A DNA stretch of 63,980 bases, counting the filler, from Basidiobolus ranarum (Eukaryota), in assembly GCA_040143965.1 (NCBI GenBank). It is 3 parts of 3 records of this genome, joined end to end, with 100 filler letters (N's around TTAATTAATTAA, not from the genome) between each part and the next. Parts side by side here need not be neighbours in the genome. Positions count along the whole stretch, not along the records: positions 1 to 22,943 come from JASJQH010000176.1; positions 23,044 to 45,877 come from JASJQH010000177.1; 1 more part is not named here. One strand, written 5' to 3'. Made by a program: the position numbers and the translations under genes. Each line of letters begins with the position of its first letter. The stretch's first letter is position 1. Shown piece by piece: positions 12,853-26,158 of the stretch. Below the pieces are notes generated by a model. That model was not told where the DNA came from. It made no database searches and worked only from the letters and a program-made list of their open reading frames with translations.

Positions 12853-13593
12853 TTGAGGGTTGAGTGTGATGTGAGGACTTGTATATATAAGCACCAATTA
12901 CTATGAGTCAGATTGGTGAGTCGATGATTAAAGTGAACACCTGCTCCCAGAGGTTACGCTTCTAAACTGTTATTTATTAACCTTTTTCGGTTATTGGTGT
13001 TGAGTCTATAACCGAATGGAGGATTTAGTTTTGTCAGTAAAAGAAAACGGCTATTATAATGAGGGATTAGGTGAAGATAATTGAACGCTATTTGTACAAG
13101 GAATAATCGACTGCAGTAGAGGGTTTTTTTATTTTAAAGTGTGCAAGTAGCTCGTGCTATCAATGCTTACTACCTCAATGAATTCTAACTGTGACTTGCT
13201 ATTTCTTAGATCTAATCCTTCTGCAGCAACGTGACTGGGGGTACGATCCTATAATTAAAATTTTGTTATGGAGATTTGTTCTATCACAGTACATTGGCAC
13301 ATCGTTTAACTAATTAGCAATACTGCAAATAATGCAATGTGATTTCACTTGCTTTGGTGATGCAGACCTCGAACCAGGAATCAGGTTTGCCACCTTTTAA
13401 ATATTACTGCAATTGCCATATACAATCATGGATAGCTAAGAAAAATTTCATGGTTTAATTCATCTTTACATCAAAAACCTATCTTACATGTAACCTAACT
13501 CCAACCCTAACCCATCAGCTATGATTCCAAAAATATATGTACAAAAGAAGGGTCGTATTAAATGGTACTGGGAATGGAAAATTCGATGCTGAT

Positions 13594-16500
13594 CTAACTA
13601 TTGAGGATCTCTTGAATAAGTTGGCTGCCGCGGAGGATTTTAAGGTTCATCGGAGTAGAGTTTGGTTGTGGCTTTTTGACTACCTTGGTTTCTCTAAGGT
13701 CTCTTAAATTGATGATTTGATCCGCCTTTTTCTCCATTCCTTGGATCACTACATTGAGTTGTTGTGAAATCTCAGTTTTCTGCTCTCCAAGAATAGGCTG
13801 TTTAACGAGATCGATAGCCTCGTATAAGCTGACCAATTTCTGGTATTGTATCTTCAGATGTATAAACTCATCCTCCAAGGTTTTAATGACTTTCTCAAGT
13901 CTATCCTGTCGTGTATCATTTCGTGTATTGTAGTTGGTGCGGCGAACGGTAGTACCATGTGCCGAAGGCTCCCGTTTTTCTTGACAAACCGTGCAAGCTG
14001 TAGGGCTATGCTGCTGTAAAGCAGAAAACATCTTCTGTAGATTGACAGTAATGGAATGAGATTTCCCAGTATTCGAGCCAACGATAAAAGGCATCTTTTT
14101 ATTGACGGGACCTCCGCGGTTGATATTATTGGCGAAACGCTTAGCCTGTGCTGCTATAGACATAGGTGCAGCATTTCTGACGACCTTCCAACTCCCTTGT
14201 GGAGTGCGCATTGGGCTATGAGCTGTGGAATTTGGTTGCTCGCCTTGTGTCTCTTTAATAGGTACATCTAATGGATTTTCTCTCCCGGTCAGATTGGTGT
14301 TATAATACATCCTTGGTGATGGCAATGCTTCATCCATCCTATATTCATGAACGGGTGAGTGGTGATGCATAATAGGCACAGTATTCCCCTCATATTCATT
14401 GGCAAAGGAGGTGCCAGAATTATTGGAAGTGTTCGAAATATGATCATCCTCGACTTTGGGATCTGGAAGAGTACCAAAGAATGTGGAATTTTGAACACAT
14501 GCATCTTTAGTTTTGGGTTCTTGAACTACATCGCTAAAGATCACCGAACTTTGAGTTCCTACATCTTTCTTCAAACTTCCATTTAAATTTGTTTGTAGTG
14601 TGGAAGTTGGAACTTGCTGACTTTTCACTGATTGAGATTGAACACCTAGGCTCGATGGTGTCGAGGTGACCATCGCCTCATGTCCTTTAGGAGACTGAGT
14701 GGTTGTGCGACTCTTGACAGATTTCAGGTTCTCATCTACATTGTCCTGTGTGAAATTATCCGGAACTTTACTACTATTCGCTTGAATAGTGTCACTTTCT
14801 TGAAAATGGGGCTTGGACAAAGGTTCACGAGGTAGAGAACTATTATTGTGCAATAAACTGAAGCTGGACTTTCCTTTATAACGTGTGGGGGTCTCTTCTA
14901 CATATCCTTGATGTATAGTTCGACTGTCACTACCTCTTTGAGCCATATGATCAAAGAAATCCAACTCCTGACGACGATAAGTATCGGAAAGTAGACTGGG
15001 CTTTGAATGGGATTGATTTAATTGCCTAAGAGCGGAATTGCCCTCAGAACCCAACCTTGAGGATTGATAAAGTTTTCTAAATAAATTATTATCGGAGCGA
15101 ATGAAGGGATCCGATGGAGGACGTCTCAATTTTGAGGAAGATATATGGGTGAGCTTATCGGAAGAAGTGGATAGATTCTTTGGATGCAGCTCTTGCAAAT
15201 TATCTATCAACTGATTCTCTCTAGATTCATCAGCGGATAACTGCGAGGTGGTCTTGTTTTGTTGACGCTTAAGTTCCTTTTGTAGCTTACGATCCCTAAT
15301 GATCTTTTGTATAAGCTTTAGAGCTTCACTTCGGGATAAACCGTATTTGTCCATTTTCTTGCGAATTCGTCTTTCAAACTGAACTTCAGATCTCAGATGC
15401 TCAACATCCGACAACTCGACAGCACTTTTCGAAGCACTAATTTCCGAGCCAATGCTTGTGTCTCCATTGATCTCTTTCCTTCTTCCATTAGCAGCTCTTC
15501 TGGCCATTTCGATCTCCTTATTTTTAAAAGACAGCTGTTCCTCAAACTTCCGAATCGCTTCGAGGGCTTCATCACGAGCATCAACGAGGTTTTGAGTTAG
15601 AATGTTCTTGTCAAGCTCATTTCTTCTATCCAACTCCTCGTTTTGTGATTGAAGTTGATCGATTAAATGATGTAGATCTAAATTAGAAGAGATATTAATA
15701 CACTTGTTGCAATCAATTCAATACTTTTGCATTTGAATCATACGTTCTTTCTCGGCCATTAATTGTTGTAATTTCTTTTTGTCCATCTCTCGGTCATGAA
15801 TTTGAGAGGAGGTCATTCCTTTGATAGATGAACGATGTGAGCGCTGTTGCGACTTTTCGTATTTCTTTAGAAGGAGACGATGCTTTTCAAGCTTGGATTT
15901 AAGCTGCTCCACCTCCCTAGTTCCATTCGTTTTTTCCATTTGAAGTTGCTCCACTTGCTTTTGTAAACTCTGTAATGTTTCTAGAACGAGGGCTTGATAA
16001 TGGTGAGATAAATATTTGATACCAGAGAGGATTGAAGATGTATGTAAATACCTTGATGCTGACTTTGCCCTGGATCTGACATAGTCCTTGAGGGGAGTTG
16101 TTCAGTATAAGAGCTGAAACCCGATACACTAATTGACTGAGGAGGTTGAGCGTGGTTGTTACGGTTAGGAGTACTTGAGGTTAAATAAGGTCCTGTAGTA
16201 TTGGTGACATTCTCCGGAATTTCACTCTTGTTGGCTGGTAATTCTGGACCATCTCCTCGCAAATCTTGTGCAAACTCCGCGTCAATTTCATCCATACTGT
16301 ATATCGAATGCTTATCAGAGAATGAGTTACTCTTATTATCAGCAATAGCATTGGAAGCCTCTTGGGGTGATGAAGAATTCAAGAAATGTGACGAGTTGGA
16401 TCGATTCGAGTCAAATCCGTATTTACTATCAGATCTATTGCTTTTCTTATCTGAAGGATGGGAACTATCCAAGTCTAGTAAGCTTCCGAAATCAATCCTT

Positions 16501-17884
16501 GGCTTTGAAGATACTGAGTTAAACGAGAGCTCAGCTTTACCCCGGTGATTATCTAGTTGAAGTTGTGAGGGTATGTCTCCATTGTCTGAGTTTGGACTGT
16601 GATATTTCTCTGCCAGTGCACCCTCATCTTGTAGGATGAGTTCTCGAAGGTCGTCAAGGTTGAAATCGTCATCGGACTCTTTGTGTGAATTTCTACTCAA
16701 CTCCCTCTGCCTTTCTATCTCTTTCATAAAGCTAGAACCGCTTTTAAAAGATCTACCATTTGTTGTACTACTATTGCCGCTGGCGTTCATGTTATTTGAC
16801 ATTGCCGATTCATCTGGACGGGTGGAATTCACTCCTGGCTCTGACCCTAATGACTCCTCATCTAATATTTCGTGAATTCTACTCATACCATTATTATCAA
16901 CACTTTCTCTACCGACCGAATGTTGACTCGCCTCCTTTATGAGATAAAAGAATTCTTTAGTAAGGAAATGATTTCTCAAAAATGGAATCTATTCAAACTT
17001 ACCTGAGGATTAGAAATTTCTTTACTAACTCCCAATAATACTTCGATTTTTCGTCTCAAACTCTCTTCTTCATTAGTATTCATCTCAAACGAGGTCAATT
17101 TTTCACGGGATATTGTAGCAACTCTCTCGGAAACATACCCCACAGGTGTACGTTGATATTCAGAAGAAACTACCGAGTTCTTATGGCTATTTGACTTATC
17201 ACTCAGGTTATATGTATCAGTGTGAGATAAAGAAAAGCTTAAGTCATTCAGTTCTGGTCCCAGATCAATAGTAACATCATCGGATATATGTGAAGAAGCA
17301 TTACGAGCTCCATTTAAAAGAGGTTGTTCTTGATTTGACTGTACTGATAAATTATTAGACTCAGGGTTCTCACCAAAGTTAAAATGATTGATTTTTTCGA
17401 GCAATAATTTAATCTTTTCTTCACTTAAAGAATTTCCACGACGTTCTGGAGAAGTATCTTCAGGGAAGGATTTTGTAGTAGATCCTTCGAAATTCCATCT
17501 ATATTCTCCCTTAGAATTCATAGAACCTCTTCTATGTTCTTCATTCATACGCCTAGGAGTAGAGGCATTCATACCAGGTGAGCCAAAATCTAAACTTCCT
17601 ATTTCTCGCTCAAAGTTTTGACGAAAGGTGGAACTATCTCCTTTGGTTTGCTCTTCAGTCATCAAACTAATATCCAATTTTTCCAAGTCACTTTCAAGTT
17701 CCGCTTCAAGTCTTAAACGTTCTTGTTCATCTGCATCGGTAAATACAGTGGTGACAGTAGCTTGTGAAGGAGAGGTTAAATCCGGTCGTGTTAATAAAGC
17801 TATTTCTCGTTCAATATCAGCTAGAACATCTCCACCTTGTCTACCAAGTAGTAATTTGATGTCTTTTAAAGAATCAAAGTCCAT
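13594..17884 (-). CDS. Cep57/Ppc89-like centrosome/spindle-pole protein (multi-exon)
   Basis: C-terminal PFIVGSNTGKSHSITVNLQ..LQQH and LEDEFIHLKIQY..MEKKADQI resemble the Cep57 microtubule-binding region. The protein also has long coiled-coil and low-complexity segments. Confidence 0.7.
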
Positions 17885-18340
17885 TTGAAGGTTTCATAAA
17901 GTGAATATTAAGTTGACTATAAAGTTGAATACCTTCGTGTTGAGTCAATAAACACGCGAAATCTCATAAAAAAGAATTAGTAAACATCAAGAATATCCAT
18001 TTCAACTGCCTATTGGTCAAATCAAACAACTTATAATATGACTGTTATGTGTGAAATTAGCAGAATTCTAGTCTAACTTACGGATCAATCGGTTAATTTA
18101 ATCAAGAAATAAAGCTTATTGAATGAAAGTTAGATTATCCAAGAAATATAGATCTAATCAACATCTGTTGTTTATCTACATCAGATTCTAAAATTAAGTT
18201 ACACAATCTGACTTGGTATTAGTGGCGCATCTAACCCATCGGGTTCCTTCGGCAATGAAGGAAAGCAAATACTTATATATTGACCTTGGGAGTAGACCAT
18301 CATTTTTTACCTTGAACAATTGATTTTTTCTCCAGCATAA

Positions 18341-18885
18341 ATGGCTTCCTTCGCTTCCAAACTCTTCAGTGCTGAAACCAGAAATTATCTTTGCAGGTAC
18401 CGTTCACTCGCATTCTAATTCATAATCATGCCTTCTCACTAAACACTTGAACCCTCGATGATCATGAAACTATTTAGCACTGTAAGTCTTCCACTTACTT
18501 TTATCACTCCACCATCATATCTAATTCAGCTTTCCAATAATTTAGCATTTCTGGGGGCCTATCGCTAATTGGGGTATTCCCTTGGCTGCTTTAGCTGATA
18601 TCAACAAAGATCCAGAGTTGATTTCTGGCAAGATGACCACAGGTATTGCTTGGAAATGAATGATTTTAAGCAACAATTCTGATGATATCTCTTTTAGCGC
18701 TTTGTTTATACTCGGCACTTTTCATGCGATTTGCTTTGGTGGTCAAACCCATCAATTACCTTTTATTTTCTTGTCATCTTACCAATGAGGCTGCCCAATT
18801 AACTCAAGCTTACCGATTCATCAATCATCATTATCTTACAGATAAAGTGAACACCAAAGACGAGTCACTCAAAGTAGCTGCTTAA
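18341..18885 (+). CDS. MPC1: Mitochondrial pyruvate carrier 1; exons 18341-18396, 18478-18481 (4 nt), 18546-18642, 18698-18885
   Basis: Spliced product reads [46 protein letters not shown]. Confidence 0.92.
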
Positions 18886-19168
18886 GGTGATTTTGTATTC
18901 ATCATTGTAACATTTCATAATCCAATTGGATTTGGAACATTTATAAACATCGTATTGATTGAAAATCCTCCCGATCATTAATTCATTAAAATATCCATCC
19001 ATTCAAAGATCCATCATTTAGAGACAAGGAATTTTTATTGGGTTAACAATCAATAAGAGTCCTTGTGATTTTCTTTACAGTACTATACAAGACAATTGAT
19101 AACAAAAAATGGGGGATTTATGGAATGAATGAGTCAACATTCGTAACTTTCATATTCGAATTAAAACA

Positions 19169-20146
19169 TTAATGTTCATGTTCCATAGAGATAAGTAAGG
19201 GAAAGAAAATCCCCGTCATTAAACATAAAGTCTGTACTAGACTAAGTTGCTTCTCTGTATGTCCATTACTAGAAGTTTTATAAATCTCTCCAAGACTATG
19301 AACAACTGCGACAAATAGAAAAGTTCCCGCGGAGAATAGTAACATGATTCCTGTCCATTGCTTCGTGGTGATAGGATCCATACTCTGTGCTGTTAATAAT
19401 ACAAAGGTGAATATGGCCGCAACTGGTGCTGCTAGAGAAAAGAGGAGCAAGTGTTTGCGAATGGTGCTTCTTGATCGCCCTTCCGATAATAGAAAAGTAG
19501 TCAGACCAAAGGCGGAGGTGGATTTATGTAACATGATGGCGACAAATACGAGCAATTCGAGTGAAGGTTGACGCGAAGCAGACGCGGCACCAAGGGCAAT
19601 TCCATCGGCTGCAGCGTGAACAATAAGTCCAACCGTAACAGTTGACCGTTTTTTCACAGGAGGTAAGTGCTCTGATAGTTCATTAAAATCAGTAAGACTA
19701 ACATGGGTATTCTGGGGGTGTTGGTGAGTACCAAACTGCTCCACGACAAACATGAAAGCAAATCCCAAAGCTAAAGCAGCTCCTATATGTCGGTGAGGAT
19801 TAATGTGAATTTTCTCTTGGAACTCTTCATAATGAGATTCCCCAATCTCCTCAACTTCAATGCCGCGAGGTAGTATGTTTGTGAATCTTTTTTCAAGCGG
19901 AACAGAATATAGATTGGCTGGATGGGAAGCCTCATACGCATGGCTCTCATTCACGCTGTATAAAGTTTCCACTCCTTCAGGAATAATTACTATCAGAGCA
20001 GTTCCGATCAAGAGACCAGCTCCAAAAGCTGATAGAAGTCTCAGTTTCTCATCGGACAAGCGGAAGGCTAGGGGAATACTGCCAGCAATGAAGGAACCAG
20101 CTAACATTGCTATACATAAAACAAAAAGCCATATGAGCGCATCCAT
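19169..20146 (-). CDS. ATX2: ZIP-family zinc/manganese transporter, ZIP9/ATX2-like
   Basis: Motifs GAGLLIGTALIVIIPEG, GLIVHAAADGIALG, AIMLHK and LFSAGTFL. Likely start is MDALIW at 20146. Confidence 0.88.
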   Translation of the reverse strand: MDALIWLFVLCIAMLAGSFIAGSIPLAFRLSDEKLRLLSAFGAGLLIGTALIVIIPEGVETLYSVNESHAYEASHPANLYSVPLEKRFTNILPRGIEVEEIGESHYEEFQEKIHINPHRHIGAALALGFAFMFVVEQFGTHQHPQNTHVSLTDFNELSEHLPPVKKRSTVTVGLIVHAAADGIALGAASASRQPSLELLVFVAIMLHKSTSAFGLTTFLLSEGRSRSTIRKHLLLFSLAAPVAAIFTFVLLTAQSMDPITTKQWTGIMLLFSAGTFLFVAVVHSLGEIYKTSSNGHTEKQLSLVQTLCLMTGIFFPLLISMEHEH

Positions 20147-20950
20147 TCTCACTGGTGAAATAAAAGTGTTAAAGGATGAATAAGAAAAACAGTGACTGAT
20201 AGAGGAAAATATCCAACTTATATTCCAGATGGGCTGATGATTTTGATTGATTCGATTGGAAATGATCACTAAGAAATTTTCAACCTAGCCAAACAATAAA
20301 AAGACCTTTTTTGCACAACACAGGCACAACACTGGTTTAATTGCGTACTTGAATATTGCTTTGCTCTCCAGAGTGTGAGTTTCTGGTGCTTTCTGGTGTG
20401 ACGTTTTAGCAATATATGAAAGCTCTTCTCATCTTCAATGATTGGTTAAAGTGTGTTGTCCATCTGGTCTTACTCTTGCATGATCAAACCTACTTCGGCG
20501 CAAACTTCACTGTCCCTGTGCCAAATCTCCACTTGTCATAATGAATTTCATTTTCCCTCTGACAAATGATGTTAGCTTATTCAACTAACATGTAACACTA
20601 AATTGATCTTGATTTAGTTTACCTGTTGTCATAGATAAGTGAATCATCTGATTTTGTTTGTGTCACCTTGAATTAATAGTGATGAATGATAGATATTGCT
20701 ATGTACTTAAAGGCAATCAATTTTGATCTACAAATCTTTGAATGGAACAGAACAATCCTCTAGATGCTCCACAAAATAGCAGTTATGATCGGTTAAACAC
20801 TGTCCGCATCTCCTAAATCGATATTACGTTTAATATGTCAGAGATGTCGGATACTATAGTTTAACCTGATGTTGCTCAAAACGAATCTTTTATCACTAAG
20901 AATATTAGAGAAAATCCATCATTTATATTCATGTATGTTATAGGCAACCA

Positions 20951-21987
20951 GAACCAATTTTGAAATCTTCAAGATATCTAAAAATTGGTTCCTACCACTG
21001 TTGAAATTAGTAATACCTAAATACCTATATAGTCTTATATAGCTTAGTATTTAGTTTTTCCATATTGAACTAAGATATCACCCACTATTGTCATGAGGAA
21101 CTTACTCACTGATCAAAATATCATAGTTGTTGAAATTAGCATTACCTAAACATCTATATAGTCATATATAGCTTAGTATTTGGTTATCTTATATTTAACT
21201 AAGATATTACCCATTATTCTAAATCAGAATTTACATGGAATATTTCTACTAACTTAGAAGTTCTCAGATATATAGATTTTTCAAATGTAAGCTAGAAGCC
21301 CCAAACTTGGCACACATATTTCTTGGACCTTCTTTGACATATTCTACACATCAGTTTGCTCACATCTTGGCAAAAGTTTAAATGTTAAATTTGTTGGAGG
21401 ATCTTGACATTATGGGGATAGACTTTGAGTATTAGAAGCAACTTATGATAGTGTGTTTTAGTTACTTTATTCCTAAGAGTATATGGTGACTTATATAGTA
21501 GAAAAGTAAATCAATTGTTTGAGATATTCAGGAGTTTGTGTAATAAGATATAATAGATAAGTGGGGGTAATAAGACATACTTGTTATATAGATATAGAGA
21601 TATTCCTATTTAGAATATAGGGGCTATAGATACATTGCTTTCTGCTTCTGATATATGTATGATAACTAAAGTTAACTATGATGTTGAATAAAGATTAATT
21701 ATCCAACACACATTTACTTAGTTTTGTTAAAATTAGCATTGACTAGACACCTATATAGTCATATGTAGCTTAGTACTTAGTTATCTTATATCTTACTAAG
21801 ATATTACCCAGTATTCTCAATTGGAATTGACTTGGAATATTGACACCAACTTGGAAGTTCTCAGTTATATATTTTTTTCATTTGGTGCTAGAAGCCCCAA
21901 ACTTTGCACACACGTTCCTGAGACTTTCCTTAACACATTCTACATGTTAGTTTGTGTACATCTTGATAAAACTATAAATGTCAACTG
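20951..21987. repeat. Degenerate non-autonomous repeat cluster: three direct copies (~21001, ~21130, ~21728), a partial inverted copy (~21473-21498) and a hairpin at 20951-20991
   Basis: Copies share AAATTAG..CTATATAGTC..AGCTTAGTA..CTAAGATAT..ACCCA. Copies 2 and 3 extend over ~260 bp including GCTAGAAGCCCCAAACTT(G/T)GCACACA. No CpG is present from ~20884 to 21912. Confidence 0.75.
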
Positions 21988-22943
21988 AATACTCAATATA
22001 TCAACAAGTGAAAACCACCAATTTCTCTAATTGTCCAAACGACTTCCAACAGGCTTCCAAATACTTTAACAGTATTATGCTATATGCTTATACTTTAAAA
22101 ATTCAACTGGACTTGGGATTAACTTTGTATCTGATTTACTCTAATTGGGAAAAACATTGACTAAATAAAAGAATTTATAGTCAAGTTACATATGTTGTTA
22201 TACTTGTAGGTAGACTATATAAGCACTTATATTGATACCGATAGCGCAAGTTGTACAGCTTTATATATTGGTAAATAATAAGGTCCGTCAATTTTGAATA
22301 GTAGTGCAGTATTAAATACACAAATAATTAGAAAGCATCCATTCCCAATGATGGAGTGGACAGTTTTCTCTAAATCAGATATTGCTTTAAATATAATATA
22401 AAATGGTGTGATCAAGTAAAGAAATTGGAGAAAAACTAGTACGTATAAGTCAATTTTCTAGCCCATGAGACATTGGAAGTCATGAAGCAGTTGGATTGTT
22501 TTCAGCAATCGAAGTATATTGAATACAGTTGGTTGTTCCATCATCAGATTCGCTATTGTAGATGGAATGAATTTCGATCTATGTTGAATATTTGTAAGCG
22601 TCATCGGCCAAATTGAGTACAGTCATTACCACACATGCTCTGTATTTAGGTTTGTACATGCTTGATAGTAGAGTTTTGTTTGGAGCATTGCGAAATGATA
22701 AATAGACTTGATCCATTGCGATTCTCCAGAATATCGCGATGGCCGCGCATCGATCGAGATGGAGGGGGGTTTCCCCATATTTGGATTCCATGCTATACTG
22801 AATTCGTCAAGTGACCATTTGCATCCCTCAAATTCCTACATACTCGGGGTATTTATACATCTGTCTTTTGCTCAAGTGGATTAACACTCTTTCACCTCGG
22901 TTTTATCTTTGTTCATGTCGGTAGCTATAGTACAGGGTGCTAG

Positions 22944-23043
22944 NNNNNNNNNNNNNNNNNNNNNNNNNNNNNNNNNNNNNNNNNNNNTTAATTAATTAAN
23001 NNNNNNNNNNNNNNNNNNNNNNNNNNNNNNNNNNNNNNNNNNN
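22944..23043. other. Assembly gap with artificial six-frame stop linker TTAATTAATTAA
   Basis: N44-TTAATTAATTAA-N44. Confidence 0.97.
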
Positions 23044-23710
23044 TCTTGTTGTTGTTTCCAGTCCTTGTCCAGTTCCTTATTATAACATCTTGATCAGACT
23101 ACTTACACTTGCTGGTAGACTTCTCTCCATCCCTGTTCTCCAACCTCAAAACTCCCCAAGGTTGGCTTCCCTCTTATTCCCCATCTTTCCCAAGCTTCCC
23201 TGCTAAGGCAAAGGTACCTTCCACCATTGGATAATTGCTCTAAGTGCATCCTTGTCAAGACACTACTGGTTGAGTTTACAGTTGTTTTTGATCAAAGAAG
23301 CTTTAGTACTTGATCAAGATCAAAGGACATTGATACCAGCATATTCTTTTGTCAAGGTGCCAATCATTTCTTCAACAGAAAGTTGGACATTGCATTGTGA
23401 TTATCATTCCTAGAGAAACTTGTGGTTTTGAAAACTTGTAAGTATTAAGGTACATACATATATTGGTTCTATAGGATTGAGTATTCAAGTCTCTTGGGGC
23501 TGATTAATTCTCCTGGAAATGAGGATACTAAATGAAGCTTACTAAATCTGTGGTTTAATAGATCCCAATAGATGTCACTTCTGTGCACACTTTGTGTATT
23601 AAAGAAGACAGTTTCTTTTGTGATTTCTCTTCTTGACCTTGTTATCTAGTACTCATAGAAACTGTTTCCTTCAAATATTGAAGTGTGATTGCTAAGCTAG
23701 GGTTTTTATA
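23044..23710 (+). mobile_element. CpG-free transposon relic, possibly a tyrosine-recombinase (DIRS/Ngaro-like) retroelement fragment
   Basis: No CG dinucleotide in ~665 bp. Faint remnants VKTLLV, IIPRETCG (23409-23426) and LCTLCVLK (23581-23604). Confidence 0.3.
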
Positions 23711-23738
23711 CGTTTATCACAAAAGCATCTGATGCTGA

Positions 23739-23805
23739 TTGAGAGTTTGCAAGGTAATGTACAATATCAATGTTGAGAGTTTGCAAGGTAATGTACAATA
23801 TCAAT
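23739..23805. repeat. 34-bp tandem duplication
   Basis: TTGAGAGTTTGCAAGGTAATGTACAATATCAAT occurs twice in tandem. Confidence 0.9.
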
Positions 23806-24780
23806 CGCAACACTGTATATATCTTATATTGAGAGTAAATATTCGAATTGTTTTATAGTATCAGTGTCGATGATAATCACTAGATATCATTTCGCATCAC
23901 ACCGACTCATTAAGCACAATTCTCTTCATCACGACTGTACAGCAGTATATTAAGTACGTAACACGAATTTCATTCTAAATCCGTCAAAGTGGATCATATC
24001 AGTGATAAGATTACCATTTGTTCATTTGACCGACTGGAGAGCGATCTCAACGATTCAGTAGGAAGAGGGAATGAGGAGTGAGAAAGAAATATGGCAATGA
24101 TGTACAATAATCCAATAAATATTCATGGAGAAAGTCAACTATGGGAATCAACTATAATTATGGAGTAGAACTAAGTAGAGTTATGGAGTCACACTGGGTG
24201 AGAATGTATACTATCTTCATGAACGAATACTCCGTGGTTTGAACTGCAGCTTGTGAGGTAAAAAGAACATTTAAGAGTGCATTAGCTAGGTTTTGTAGTA
24301 ACTTAGGGGTTAGTAACACTTGATTTGGATATTTCAAACCAGGCGTGCTTGACGATACGAATGGTGATTTGGTACGTTTCTAATAATCTTGTCTGTAAAT
24401 AGAACGTGTGAAAAAGGGTGTTTATGAGATTTCCGGATGCTCAATTCTTTATTAGGAACTCAATACTTGTTAAGCTGAAACCTACTTCATCCATGTATTT
24501 ACTACACGTATTACCCGACGATAATTCTAATATTGTAGCAATATGCTGTAATCATGATACAACTGAGTAAAATACGCCATCAACCAAGCCACAACCATCT
24601 TCTCACTAAACTTGTATTCAACTTAGTATAGAAACGTCTCTAGACAAGACCAAGTGTCAACTCTCACAAAAATACCCATAATTCCCATGAAACAAGAGGT
24701 CCATTGATAAGTAAATTTATTGAGAAGTTACGAGTGATTTACATGCAAGTATGAGAGTAGTGCAAGGAATGAGATGGTGT

Positions 24781-26158
<1,378 letters not shown>

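Noticed and set aside
22480-22860. Short minus-strand ORFs before the first gap
   Set aside because: No recognisable motif or consistent splice model; possibly a gene or transposon fragment but unsupported.
22988-22999. TTAATTAATTAA palindrome inside N runs (also 45922-45933)
   Set aside because: An identical linker centred in both 100-nt gaps is an assembly or pipeline artefact, not biology.
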